Assembly: GCF_006345805.1 (NCBI RefSeq)
Contig: NC_043012.1
Coordinates: 9,052,001 to 9,116,000, forward strand
Source of the DNA: Octopus sinensis
Taxonomy: Eukaryota
DNA length: 64,000 nucleotides
Direction of reading: 5' to 3'
A program made the translations under genes and the position numbers. Under the pieces are notes generated by a model. It was not told the origin of the DNA and ran no database searches. It saw nothing but the letters and a program-made list of their open reading frames with translations. The first letter of the stretch is position 1; each line of letters opens with the position of its first letter. Below are positions 24,712-38,459 of the stretch, in pieces.

Positions 24712-25200
24712 TATCGTGGTGTCTTTTTTACCTATTCGAAAATTCCCTTTCCCCTATTTACATTAATGTATTCCTTTCAACATATCGATATAACACACTT
24801 TTTGTGTGATCGCTTGTTTGTTTATTAACAAGCACGCCAATAAACACAAATATTGAGAGTTAAATATTCTTCTCACGTCTGCTATCCTATCCTTGCACTT
24901 TCGTAATACTTCGTTTAATTTCCTAGCCACACGCAACATTGATTATGATATTTCAGTTTTATCTCGATTGTCACATTCTTTCTGCTAACCAAGCAAAAAC
25001 AAAAACAAACAAAAAAAGGATCTTCAAATCCTTAATATACAGAATCAAAATTATTTTAGCATTTGTAAATTTTCTATACTCTTACCAGGTCAAATACTGG
25101 GTTCGATGGTAAACCACTTGGGATTGAGAGGCTTGAGAAATTGAGTTTTTTTAGGGGGTACAGTTTGAGGAAAGATATATATGGTTACACAATATATATA

Positions 25201-25609
25201 TAGGCTCAGGAGTAGCTGTGTGGTAAGTAGCTTGCTTACCAACCACATGGTTCCGGGTTCAGTCCCACTGCATTGCACCTTGGGTGTCTTTCATACTATA
25301 GCCTCGGGCCGACCAAAGCCTTGTGAGTGGATTTGGCAGACGGAAACTGAAAGAAGCCTATCGTACTCACACACACATACATATATATGCACGCGTGTGT
25401 GTGTGAATATGCGTGCATCTGTGTTTGTTTTTGTCGTCCGTCACTGTCTGAAATCGGTAATGATGTATTTATGTATCCGTAACTTATTGGTTCGGCAAAA
25501 GAGAACGTTAGAATGATTATCAGGCTTAATAATAAGTACTGTGGTGTACTAAAAGGCGGTGCTTCAGCATGGCCGCAACCAAATGATTGAAACAAGTAAA
25601 AGATAAAAA
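25201..25609 (+). mobile_element. CORE-type tRNA SINE, family A
   Basis: TAGGCTCAGGAGTAGCTGTGTGG...GGTTCAGTCCC...AAGGCGGTGCTTCAGCATGGCC...GAAACAAGTAAAAG. Confidence 0.92.
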
Positions 25610-26069
25610 GTAGTGTATCTTTTACTGCATTGTCTAATGTACGCTTTCTTTCTTAAGACATTAGAATATGACTGAGGGCGATGCGGCTGATATTTCTAGC
25701 GTGTTGAAAGACTGCGTAGTCTCTCTGTCGGCTCTATTATGTTATTGGATGTTATTTGAGATTGTTGCTAGAAATAGCAGTCAAACATTCCCCAAATTAC
25801 ACCTTATTATACTAGATGTTGTTATTTTGTAGCATAGGTCGGTTTTGATCCAAATTTAATAGTTTTTCAGCTGTGAACAACGGAATTGTTTTGGGCATTA
25901 TGTATCTAAGAGTACATTATCAATATGTTATCCCATACTTAAAGCAATCAGTTGTGATTTGAAGTAGATTTGACTGCCACTTTTAGTGGCTCGAGCAATC
26001 TATTTAGGTTCCCTCGTGGCTTTAATCTAGAGGATGATGAATAAATATTCACCGATGTAGGTGTTAAGG

Positions 26070-26410
26070 GTAAAGGGGTAAAGACCCCCTTCAGTCATGA
26101 ATGGCCATGAGATTGCACGTAGAAAGTTCGCCTCCTAGGTACAGGTCCGGGCAAAGTTGTTAATGGAGGATCAGCAGTCGCCCATACATACCCCTCTCCA
26201 TGCCACTGATGTTATCCAAACGAAAGGCAAAGGCCGAAACAGCTTTACACCAATGACTTCGCAGCTCATTTCTACCGCTGACTGAGCTGGAGAAAGGTGG
26301 AATAAAGTGTCTTGCCCAAGAACACAACACACAGTCCGGTCTGGGAATCGAACTCACTACCACATGATTGTGAGCCCTGCATTCTAACCACTGAGCTGTG
26401 TGCCTTCACA
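26070..26410 (-). mobile_element. tRNA SINE, family D, full length
   Basis: Minus strand: GTGAAGGCACACAGCTCAGTGGTTAG, GAGTTCGATTCCC, CORE-like block, tail GAAGGGGGTCTTTACCCCTTTACC. Confidence 0.88.
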
Positions 26411-27574
26411 TTGGGAGCAATCATTCAATAATTCTATGGGAAAGGCACGAATGCTGCGGCAGTATCGTTTCCTCACTGCATATCCAGATTAAGGAAAATG
26501 TATGTCGTTTATGCGGTGAAAGATGCTAAATGGCAATAAACAAGTTCCCTTCTCTAGCATCATTACCACCTTCCTCATAACCAGTTTATGACACTTTAAT
26601 CATATAAAAATATTTGGGTGGTTAAGTGAAAACCAGAATCACTTTATGATACACAAGTATAACGACTAGAGATATTTGCATGACATTTCTTTAGCATAAC
26701 GAATCATTAATATTTGGTTGGTCTTATTGACTTGAAGCGCCGATGGAATGGAGGTTTGTGATATTCATGACATTTTGAGAGATAATGCTTTCATTAGAAA
26801 CGGAGCCAGAAAGAGATCACTCGTTCAACATGTACTAGAAATGCCATTAAAAACCGTAGTAACTGTATAAATATAAAACCATGACAATAATTAGTTTAGC
26901 GAAGCATATTATATGCTGAAAAGAACTTAAGTCTTGTTAAGGATGCTATGAAAAGTTATCGAGTAAAAGAGACATAAATATGTAAAGACCTGTTACTGGA
27001 TCGCTAATCTTCGCCAGTTTTCGCTTCACACCTTGCTATTAGATATAAATGCTCAATAGAGGAGAGATGTTAAGAAGTGGCGCTGTTTTTGTTTCTCTCT
27101 CATTGGGTGAGCAAGAAAGAGTACAATAAAGACGACGATAATGACGGTGATGGTGATGACATCTTTATTGGCGACAAGGACCTAGGGATTAATGCAAAGT
27201 ATGTGATACAGTTGGGTTACAAAAATTTGTGGAGGTGTACATTTACAATAAAGATAGGCTGAAATGGAAAAAAAACACACGCTATACAACATGAAAAACA
27301 AGTTAAATGTTTAACAAAGGCACCCATCCACAAAAAGAGAAAAAGTCGCCATCTTGGGAGGATCAGATCAACATTGAACTTTGATTCCGGTTACATTTTG
27401 CTCCGGTAATTGCTTACTTTCTCCCGACTGCAGCTGAGAGGAAGACTTCACAATAATCGATTTTCTCGGCCTCGTATATTTCGAATTCAGATGGTAGTAT
27501 TTTCGGTTTTAAATGAGCTGTGAGACCTCTCACATCATTTGAAGAGGAGTGCGCCATTAGCCGAGTGCGCAAGA

Positions 27575-27768
27575 GGCCAGCAATTTCAGGTTGAGGTAAG
27601 TCGATCACATCGACCCCAGTGTTCAACTGGTACTTATTTTATGGAGCCCGGAAAGATGAAAGGAAAAGTCGACCTCAGCGGAATTTGAACTCAGAACGTA
27701 AAGGCATACGAAATACAGCTAGACATTTTGCTCTGCGTACTAACGATTCTGCCTGCTCCCTACCTTAA
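27575..27768 (-). mobile_element. Family B SINE
   Basis: AAAGTCGACCTCAGCGGAATTTGAACTCAGAACG. Confidence 0.85.
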
Positions 27769-28974
27769 GTAAATATAAAGAGCATATACACGTTATTATA
27801 CTAGTATGTTTTCCCTAAAATTCCTTTATTTTGGAGATTCGATAGGATACGACCTTTATTTCCTCTCCAGTCAGTACAGTTGGCTTTTTGTCACCATTTA
27901 ATTTTTCAACAGTTGTATAAGGTTGTCGCTATTCCTTTTGAGAACTGAAAAGTTCAAGTTCTGTGAGCAGTCATTGCTTCTTTGCCCAGCGGTTTCGGGG
28001 AACACGCTATCTTTGGTTTCCTGTTTTGTTCCTTCTTTTTCCTTTCTGTGCTTTTCGAAGGTTTTTCCATTTTCCTCCAGTTCTATCTCCTCCCTAAACA
28101 CCATAAATCGATAAGTCGGAACTACTGATTGGTGCCTCTAGTCTGCCCCATAACTCTGGCTGACCCTGTGGTGGATGGGAAACTGGCACTTTCTAACATG
28201 TGCCATTAGCAAAACCAAGGTATGCGTTAAGAAGCCATAATTGCTCGCGAGTGACAGCTGACTATTGTTTTTTTTATTTTCCAGGCTAGCAATTGATCAG
28301 AAGACTATGCTTAAATGCGTTCTAGGCAAGACGATTCAATGTACAGTTAGATAAAAGGGAATCTCGGCAAACTGTTTTCGTCAGTAAGACTTTTATTATT
28401 TGTAAAATTTACAGAAAAAGTACGGTGGAATTATTGTGGGGTCTGGAGTATCGAACGCTTTCTTCAGCGTAAAGATGACGGGAGGAAAACAAAAACAAAA
28501 CAGCAGAGTTTTACCACCAGTTCCCCGTACATAGAGGATGTACAATTCCGTTGGCTTTAGTTTATTCCCCACCTGTTATCTTTACCCTGAAGGAAGAATC
28601 CGTACGAAATATTTGATATTCCAATTCCAGCAGCAATTTCACTGTATACTTCTTGTTGCCTTTTCCAAATACAATTTAGATGCAGTGTACCTTGAATTAC
28701 ATCTGTAAACGTATCATTTCTTTTTTTGAAGACGGCTAGGTACGGTGTAAGGGAGATTTAAGAGATGTTCGTTTATCTGTTCTTTATTATGAGGGATTTA
28801 GATATAGAGATGCCTGGAATCTAAGCCGACTGCTATGATAAAATGAATGATTGTTCATTGGTGGGGGTGGTGTTGTCGGTGGCGGTAATAAGAGGAAGAG
28901 GTGATTTGGCATAAAAGAATGGAGTACAGGGAAGTAACAGAGGAATTGCAACAGTGGGATGAGAACGGAGGGGA

Positions 28975-29394
28975 AGGAGTGTGCGTGCGTGCGCGTGTGT
29001 GTGTATATATGTGTGTGTGTGTGTGTGGTGTGTGTGTGTGTATTGGACAACGCGAAGTGTTGGTAGTTTGGTCAGAGGACAATAAATTAAGCGGTGCCCA
29101 GCGGATACTTTTTTCATACAGAAATAAATACACATATACGCGTACACACACGCACACACATACACATACAACTATGTGAGAGTAACTACGCATACATATA
29201 GAAAAATTCATTGAGTAATATAATATATTATAATATATAATATTATATATTATAATATAATATATAATATAATATAATATATGGCAAATAATATATATAT
29301 GTTTTATTTATATTCCTGAGCGCCATACTAATACAATTGTTTGTTTGTATTCCACCTGCCTTCGTCTTTTGTTTATTTTCATAAAGCTTCCCGT

Positions 29395-29469
<75 letters not shown>

Positions 29470-29830
29470 CATGTGTGTGTGTATTTCGTTTATGGATTTG
29501 GCTTGCAAGATTCTTTATATGAGTTCGTGTGTTGAAGCATATTCTGTTGTGTCTGGGGAGAGTCATTTTCTTTTTGTGCCTTATAATGTAACACAGTCAA
29601 CGGTAAAATTTCCACTTATTTCTTATTTTTCTTTTCCTAAAATTTTCGTTGCGTCTTGCAACCGTTTCAATAGTCTTGACTCAAAAAGAAAACGACTCTC
29701 CTCAGACACATCAGAGTATATATATATGTATATACTCATATACACATACATATAAATATATACATACACAGAATTTTTCTTAACGTTCTTTTGTATGCGT
29801 TCTACGAATTTAACCAATTTTGGATTGCGT
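28975..29830. repeat. TG/TA microsatellites with an interspersed repeat also found at 43335-43372 and 43900-43940 (possibly a PLE terminal region)
   Basis: Shared CTTCGTCTTTTGTTTATTTTCATAAAGCTTCCCGT; the PLE assignment is inference. Confidence 0.5.
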
Positions 29831-30069
29831 TAATAACGTTGTGTTAAAATATATTTTCGAGTGTTTTTCTGCTTCTCTCGTTTAATACAATTAAACGAGA
29901 GAAGCAGGTTTTCCCTTTTGGGATTACCGTTGCTTTTTGAACTGTTATACAACTTTTGCAGTTTTCTGTGTCTTCTAGACACATTGCCTGCTTTAGCAGG
30001 TTCGTCTTTTGTACTAATTCTCCCTGCTTAGGGACGAATTGTGTTCCTATGTGGAAATATTTTACACAA

Positions 30070-30099
30070 TCAATACAACATGGAAGTTGATGCCTCCCA

Positions 30100-30171
<72 letters not shown>

Positions 30172-30300
30172 AGACTACTTCTGTCAACGACTCTTTCACC
30201 ACCGACTCGGACTCCAAAGTCACATTCGGCACAAACATCAGCCGAAGAGACTGAATAGAAACTGACGAACCCAATGCTCGGATACAAGCTGGAGCCGACA
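30070..30300 (+). mobile_element. RTE-type LINE 3' end interrupted by (TA)n
   Basis: DYFCQRLFHHRLGLQSHIRHKH resembles the C2H2-like C-terminus of RTE ORFs. Confidence 0.6.
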
Positions 30301-30589
30301 ATAGTATAGTTAGTTAGACAAGTAGAAACACGATTATCTATGACTGACTTCGCCGACTTCCCGAAGACTCAGCTTCCTACGTCATAGTATTTGTAACGAC
30401 AGCACATACCACTCGTCATGTGGAAGGGGTATTCTAATATGATAATTATTATCCCCATAACAGTGTTATTAGCTGAAACGCTTCAAGGACTGAAGGACCT
30501 TTGTTTACTGCTGATGCTTTATCACTGACAAGAGCGTTAGTACGAAACTCTTAGCCTTTAAGGTATTATAGATTCTCGGTGAATAATAT

Positions 30590-31584
30590 ACATGCAAACA
30601 TAATACATACATACAAACATACGTACATACATACACAGATAATACATACATATATATATGTTTATGGATATATGTATAAATATATATATATATACAGAGA
30701 GAGCGAGAGCGAGAGAGAGAGAGAGAGAGCGAGAGAGAGCGAGAGAGAGAGAGAGCGAGAGAGAGAGAGAGATAGGTTGCTTTGTAGTCATCGTTCGTTA
30801 TTGTTTCAAGTCCGTGTGAATCAATGCATTTGCTGAATTTATTCGCTTTTCAAGGATTATTTTTAATGGAATGAAAATAAGTAGTATTCCTGGAAGCCGC
30901 TACGAATTGCACACTAGATATGTGGCTTGGAGTCACATTCTGCAAGAAGCTGGAAAAAAATATAATGAAAACTTACAGCATTTACTTAAATTGTTTTACC
31001 GAGCAAAATCAATTTCTCTTGCTGTATTTGTTATTTTATCTTTTGTACATCTGCTTTCAGTATCAGTCGGCTGCACCATGTCCAAAAAAACAAAAAACCA
31101 AACATATCTAATTCTCAGTTTTGTCAATTCAACTGGAATACACGCGCCATCGAGTCGCACAGTTCATTGAGAGAGAATCATTGATCTTACTGTATACTTT
31201 GGATGTTTTCGAGTGTATCTCTCAGCTTATACGTACATACAAACATACTTATATATAAACACACACACATGTATATATTTATGAATGTATATAAATACGT
31301 ATGTCATATATAATTAAGCGCACATACATATGTACACATATATAAGTATATATATAACCCTTTATAAGTAGACATATACATACATGTCTGTATACGTAGA
31401 CATATGCATACATACACACAGATATATGCATACATGTATACATACGTTTATACATACTTACATACATACATACATACGTACAAAAATGTATTAATTTGAA
31501 TCAGCAGAACCACCTTCCCAGGTGGTTTTCTTGTTTATGCAATACATATAACTTCTTATCTTTTAATATATTATCTCATAGGTT

Positions 31585-31654
<70 letters not shown>

Positions 31655-31718
31655 ATGTAATGTATATATATATAATATAATATATATATGTATGTATGGT
31701 GCATATATATATATATAT

Positions 31719-31749
<31 letters not shown>

Positions 31750-31951
31750 ATGTGTGTGTGTGTATGTATATATATATACATGTATATATATATGTGTAAT
31801 ATATGTATTATAATACGTATATATACATATATACGTGATATATATATATATATTATATGTATGTACACCTGTACACATATATGTTTTATATATATAATAT
31901 ATATATATATGTCCTCATCTGTCTGTATATGTATATGTACATGTGAGTTCA

Positions 31952-31990
<39 letters not shown>
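30590..31990. repeat. TA/TATG/GA microsatellite field
   Basis: Seen at about 30590-30770 and 31200-31990. Confidence 0.9.
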
Positions 31991-31992
<2 letters not shown>

Positions 31993-32264
31993 CGGTATAT
32001 GTCCAGTGAGACCATAACTAACTTTTTAAAAAGATCAAACCTATAAAATTATGAAAGAGAAACATAAATTAGTGAAACAACGCAAACGGTTATGCGAAAT
32101 ATTAAATAAATAGATAAATGAATATGTAAATAAATATGTAAATAAGTAAGTAAATAAATAAATAATAGGAAAATAGCTTTAAAGTATTTAATAGTTGTTG
32201 AAAATGTTCAAAAGCTGAAATCTATAACAGTGTAATGAGAAAGTACGTTGGTTCTAACTAAATA

Positions 32265-32470
32265 ACTGAATGGTGGTTTAAATGACAAGACTCATTGGTA
32301 GAGTTTGCGATACAGCTGTGTGATGGTTTGAATGGCTCAACTCAATTGTGGCTTAAATGATACTGGTCACAGGTTGTTTAACTGACTCAGCTCAGTGGTG
32401 GTATAAATGACTCAGCTGAGTTGTGGTTTATCTGATGCTGGTCCAGGGGGTGGTTTAAATAACTGACCTC
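32265..32470. repeat. Degenerate minisatellite (GTGGTTTAAATGAC-like unit)
   Basis: Recurring GTGG(T/C)TTAAATGA and TGACTCAGCT motifs. Confidence 0.6.
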
Positions 32471-32866
32471 AAGGTAATCATTACACCCAGTCCTTTCTGC
32501 CAGAATGTCTGCTTTCTAGAATTATCTTTGTTTTAACTGCAACTGTCATCGGGAAACCATCCAAGGAAAACATTAAATAACTGTCTCGAAAGGATTGCCA
32601 GAGTCATGGACTCATCCTTTTACATCGGAATGAGTCATTAAAAAATAAAGTAAAAAAACAAAAAAAAAAAACGATACAAACTCGAACATGAAACTACAAT
32701 AATAAATAAACTAAGAGTTATTAGAGAATCGATAGTATTTTGTGAAGGCACTATCGTTTTACTTCAGGTTGATCATATTGGAAAGGAACTTTTCAAATCA
32801 TGTATACACACTTACATACGTGTGTATGTATTTATGTACGTATACATACATACATACATTTTATAT

Positions 32867-32911
<45 letters not shown>

Positions 32912-33184
32912 TATATATATATATATAATATATATATAATTTATGTATATGTATATGACGAAGGCAAGCAAGCTAAAACATCGATGTTACTATCAACCTT
33001 CCGTCCTTTTAAAATCTAATGAACATGAACTCAATTTAATGAGTTTTATATCAAATTACTTTTATATGTACCTTGACATAAACGCACGAGCGCGCGCACA
33101 CACACATACACACACGCACACACACACACACAGACGCACACACTCTCTCTCTCACACACACACATATGATTTTCCACCTTAGTC

Positions 33185-34000
33185 ATTTCTATGAAACTAT
33201 ATCTTACCTATCATTAAATATCTATTTTATCTTACTGTGTAAATTTTGAATCGAATACGAAAAAAAAAATAAAGAAAAAGAAAAAGGAAAAACAAAACAA
33301 ACGAAATATATAGAACCAAGGATGAAAAATACTACACAAAAGAAATGGAACGAGGAGTTCCAGTTAGAATGAAGTGCTTTCACCCAGGGTAAATCAAAGA
33401 ACGGACACAAATCCAGGATTACTCCGACCCCGAGGATCACTCCGACAAGCGCCTTGCCTCAAATATATTCTCCGGCCCACGGTTACCAATTGTCGCCACT
33501 CTCACTTACTTCTCAGTTAATCCATTGGAGAGTAACCCCTCTTCTTTCAGCCTTATCTTACTCTCCAACTGGAACTTAGAAAAGTTGATGAGGGTTTGGC
33601 CAGAAAAGGGAGTGGCTTAATCGTTTCCATTCCATCTTGTCCACCATATACCCATGAAACAGAGGAAAGCTTTTCGGTCGAAGAGAAGCGATGGGCCTAT
33701 AAATTCACCTGATAGTCAGATTCGTCTTACACGTGACAGCAACTACCCAACATAACTCCACAAACCAGCAATACTCGGATACCAGGCATGTGCATATTGA
33801 ACCGTTTCTTCGATTAGCGTACATTTTATATAAGGCATGTTAAGGCCATTAAATGCACATATAGAGCTTGAATAAACCAGAAATACCTTGGATACACACA
33901 CAGAATACTGATTCCTGGAAATTATCCACATCTCTGGGCTGAAATTTCTCCAAAATAAACTAATTTGTTGATCGTTTATTCAATGTCCCATTGCCTTGTT
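33185..34000 (-). mobile_element. Old Tx1/L1-type LINE 3' end (zf-RVT region and T-rich UTR)
   Basis: EETVQYAHAWYPSIAGLWSYVG and GIWWTRWN...FSGQTLINFSKFQL align with ETALHAIVQCPAISHLWAYVE and CIWWTRL...SGQSLINFFKYHL of ORF 61532-62191. Confidence 0.8.
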
Positions 34001-34904
34001 GTAACCCTTGTGTTCCGCTGACCCATATATTGTGGAATGTTCCTATGTCATGCACTAACGCAGTTTTCGGCTCGCATTATTCTCAACATTAAAGAGAAAG
34101 TACACAGTCTAATATATCCTTCCTCAACCGACAGAAATCCGCAGTATTCCACGTACCGGTCAAGCTTCTTTTAGTTGCTCATTTAAGGGCAAACTGAAAA
34201 ATCCCTCCGTTTTTTTTTTTAATTAGAAGAACCTTGTTACTTTTGTCTTACCCTCTTTGTTGATGAAATCGTCATGCAAGGAGGGATAACATTTTTGGAA
34301 CATACTTGTTTCGCATCGTTTTTTTCTTGTCTGAGGTTGGGGGTGGATGGACCATCGCATTTCAGAGTTACTTTTTGGCAGATATCATTGCCAAAATAAT
34401 TTATTATTTTTGCTAACTTTTTCTCTGTGTTTTGTCGTTTGTGAAGTTGCTATTTTTGTGTTGTATAAATGTCTGTGTTTTTGCGTGGTGAAGTGTAATT
34501 TTTCTTTTTGTTTGTTAGATGTGTTTTATGAATTAATGTTTGTTCGTATTATTAAATATTCGAACAGCTGTTCGAAGCTCTTCAAGACTTGTAAACCAGA
34601 CAACGAAGACTTGTTATACAATCAAGCGGATATACACAAACTAAAATAAAAAAAGTTCAACGACAAATCATATTTTTTTCCAAAGGCAAAGTAAAAGTGG
34701 TGAATGTTCAACTGATTCAAAGCGTAATCCTCCCCCGCCAAACGATGTTTTTTCTTTTATTAAATACAAACGCGGTAATTAGAACACGAAATTCCTCAAC
34801 AACAAAAGCAACGACGACGATGATAATGACGATGTCGACAACAACAACAACGAGAATAATATTCATAATTCTTTCGAATTTTAGAATATGACTATTTTAT
34901 GACT

Positions 34905-35850
34905 ATTTTTTCGGCCCTGAAAGGTTGAAAGGCAAAGTTGCCCTCTACAGGATTTGAACTCAAAACGTAAACGGCTGGAAGAAATGCCTCTTAGCTTTTT
35001 GTCCGACGCTCTGACAATTCTTCTTGTAATACTATATTCGTTTATTTGTCACAGAGGCATCTGATGAAAGAGGCAATTCAAGGATAGTTTACAATTTGTG
35101 TGAGTATTTACATAAAAAAGAGGGACAGGAAGGAAAAGGAAGGGGAGATAAGACAGTATGCATAATATACAAAATTTATAAACACATGGATGAAACTAAG
35201 GTCAGTCAAAGTACACAAAGGCCCAAAATCACTCTGATCACCAAAGTCTTAAACCTACTCAACTGTTGTTCTGTAATCTACAGGTATATATTTAGTGTAA
35301 TTCTATTGACTCAGAACATTTTTACCAGTAGCCCATATTTTGATATATTTGCTGGGAAAGAACCTTTCACTTTCCTTTCGAAGTGGAAATTGAAAAAGTT
35401 GACAGAAGAGAAAGGTATCCGTCTCCAATCCGTTCACTCTCTTCCACTGCTCACTAACTAGCCCGCCATAGCGACTAGACAGAGCAACACTGCTTGCCCA
35501 CATTGGACTCAGCCGATAACTGGATTTGCTCAACATGCAACAACAGCTGTTCGACAGATTTATAATATAGACACAAGGCCAGCAATTTTGTGGCCGATAC
35601 CATCGACCTCAGTACATGGTCGGTACTCTCTTCTATAGGTCCCAGGCAGGTTAAAAGAAAAGGTTGAGCTGGGTGAAGTTTAAAATCAAACTATAAAAAA
35701 ACAATAATTTATAACATTGGCACAAGTCCATACATTGGGAGGATGGAGGGCTAGTCGATTAAATTGACCTATGTAGGTAACTTTTACTTCATTTTATCGT
35801 CTTTCGATTGATGAAATCTTAAGTTGGCATCGGTGAAATTTGATCTTAGG
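34905..35850 (-). mobile_element. Three old family B SINE fragments (about 34905-35020, 35570-35690, 35720-35850)
   Basis: Degenerate GAAAGGCAAAGT..., CACAAGGCCAGCAATTTT... and TTTGAACTC motifs. Confidence 0.65.
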
Positions 35851-35979
35851 ACGTTATGAGCCAGAACAAATACTGTACACATTGCGTGTACACTCATACA
35901 CGCGCGCTTACACACGTTCACACAAACTTACACACACTCACGCTTACATATACAACACTCTCACACACGCAGTTATGCA

Positions 35980-35983
35980 CACG

Positions 35984-36045
<62 letters not shown>

Positions 36046-36102
36046 GTATAAGTTCTTAATACTAAAATCTACAAAAAATATATATATTCATGTATATACA
36101 TA

Positions 36103-36143
<41 letters not shown>

Positions 36144-36156
36144 ATATACATGTATT

Positions 36157-36209
<53 letters not shown>

Positions 36210-36252
36210 GTATATATGTATGTATGTGTGCATGTATGTATACATACATACA

Positions 36253-36350
<98 letters not shown>
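35980..36350. repeat. (TA)n/(TACA)n microsatellite
   Basis: Seen directly. Confidence 0.95.
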
Positions 36351-36351
<1 letters not shown>

Positions 36352-37377
36352 CATAGTAGGGAAAACTGCTTATTAGTTAGTTTAGAGTAACGTTTACTAA
36401 AATAAAGAGGTTATTAAAGTCTACACTGTCTAGAAAATTCTCAAAAATTCTAATTTTAATATATTTTTCTTTATCAAAATGTGGTTTTCATGTTTCTTAA
36501 ATTATTGAAAATTTCAACAACTGAAAGCTAAATTTAATTCGCTATTATATGCATTTTTTAAGACTGCAACATATCGTTCCCTTTTTGTCTTCTCTCCCTC
36601 CCTTTTATTTAGAACTATAACATAAAATCTCATATATTTCCGATAGTTAATTTCTTTGTCAAAACCTTCAATGTCCATGATATCGTAGTTTAGATGATGA
36701 CGGGAATAAAAATATCATTTCCTGTCTCTGAATACATGTAATTATATGCTTATATGAGTTCTTAACACTAAAATCTACAAAAAATATATTGACGGAAAAG
36801 TAATGTAGAAAAAATAAGTTATACAACCACATATATTCGAACCGACAGTAAGTTTTTCAGTATGACATTTTTCTAGTGTATATCAGGAAAATTACTCATA
36901 GTGGAAATCAACTGCGTAAAAACTATTTAGCGACTGGGAAAAAAATCGCCCTTTTGAATTTGTTTAATGAATAGATTTAATAAACTGAAATTGCCCAGAG
37001 ATACCGGCATGAATTTGGAAAAAAAAGACTCCATCAGAAATGAATTTGTTGGTATGGCTGTTCGGTATGTTGTAGACCTTAGAATATACCCACACGAAAC
37101 CTGCTATTTCTTGCATACTTAGTGATCACGTAGATAGGCTACCTTTGAGTTTGTTTAAAACAGAGAGAGAGAGAGAGATGAAGAGAGAGGGAGAGAGAGA
37201 GAGAGAAGAGAGAGGGAGAGAGAGAGAAAGAGAGAGGGAGAGAGAGAGAAAGAGAGAGGGAGAGAGAGAGAGAGAGAGATATATTAAGGCTCGATAAAAT
37301 TATCAAAGAAATACTTACAGAGCGAATGGGTACTATTAAACAAAGTTAGAAGGGCAACTAGAAAAAATTCACAAACC

Positions 37378-37758
37378 TCTCTATATAAACGGCAAAATGT
37401 CTGTGTGCGTGTCCTTTATACAAATCCACAATTTTTCAGTTAGAGGGCTCGCACTTTCTATGGTCATTCAAAACCGTCCAAGGGTGGTCGTGCACATCTT
37501 TACATTTCCCCAGTCACCCGGCAAAGCCATTAAAAAATCAATAGAAGTGACTTTTTTGTGAATTTTCTATCCAAAACCCAATCAAAATGCCCGAAACTTG
37601 ATACGCCAATTGAATGCCAGCTAGCTGTATGTGATTGGTCGGAGATTTGGACAGTATTCGCGTGTATGTGCGCATGAATGCAGCTGTATATGCGCATGCA
37701 CGCAGCTGTATATGCATGCACTAGCACTATGACCCGGCAACGTGGGTCATAGTGCTAG
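37378..37758 (+). mobile_element. Non-autonomous Helitron-like element
   Basis: 5' TCTCTATATAAACGGCAAAATGTCTGTGTG, 3' GC-rich hairpin and CTAG|T terminus. Confidence 0.7.
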
Positions 37759-38459
37759 TTGAGAATAAAATGTATACTATGTAGCGGCTAGCAGAAAACC
37801 GCCCAGAGCGAGATCCTTATGCTAGAATATAGTAGAACTATATTTCTTCTAGTTTTGTGTAGTCTTCTTCGTAGGATTAGCACTGTCACAGTCCAATCCG
37901 ATCGTCTACAGATTATACATTATTTCGGTAAATACTCGTTTTTGTTTTTTTAACAATCTTTTAATATTAGAGCAGCAACCACGGAGAAGTTGATGCCTGT
38001 CTCTGCACATACTTTCTATTCTTTACGCCAGATTATTCCTCTGGTATTTTCGCATATTACGGATGAGTGACCCTTCTACATCAATGGAAGCTCTTATATA
38101 TTTTTCTATTTTCACAATTGTTCTCATAGATGGCAAAATGTTTTGGTGATAACCTCATGCTTCCTAGACAAATGTTATTGTGATGACATTTCCGGAGAGA
38201 GGATTACAACTGTGGTATTAACTGTAACAGAGTATGTATGTACGTATGTATGTATTGTATGTATGTATGTATGTATGTATGTATGTATGTATGTATGTCT
38301 TTTTAGGTATGTATGTATGTATGTATGTATGTATGTATGTATGTATGTATATACGTATAATTAAATGTATGTATGTATGTATGTTTTATGTATATATTTT
38401 CATGCATATATTTTTATATCTACACAAGCTCATATATATACTTAAATAATAAACTTCTG

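Noticed and set aside
27898-28104. Charged 68-aa minus-strand ORF
   Set aside because: Short, no motif, no convincing splice sites.
28285-28383. 99-bp segment with a strong acceptor (T-rich CCAG) and a GTAAGA donor
   Set aside because: Stops in all three frames and no expression evidence; at most a non-coding exon.
29635-29680. GTTGC/GCAAC stem plus GAAA on the minus strand as a hammerhead
   Set aside because: It needs about five substitutions in core positions.
34260-34700. Possible piggyBac C-terminal remnant on the minus strand
   Set aside because: The cysteine pattern is not recoverable, so similarity is too weak.
36051-36789. 33-bp direct repeat (36051-36083 and 36757-36789)
   Set aside because: Real but low-complexity, with no element definable between the copies.
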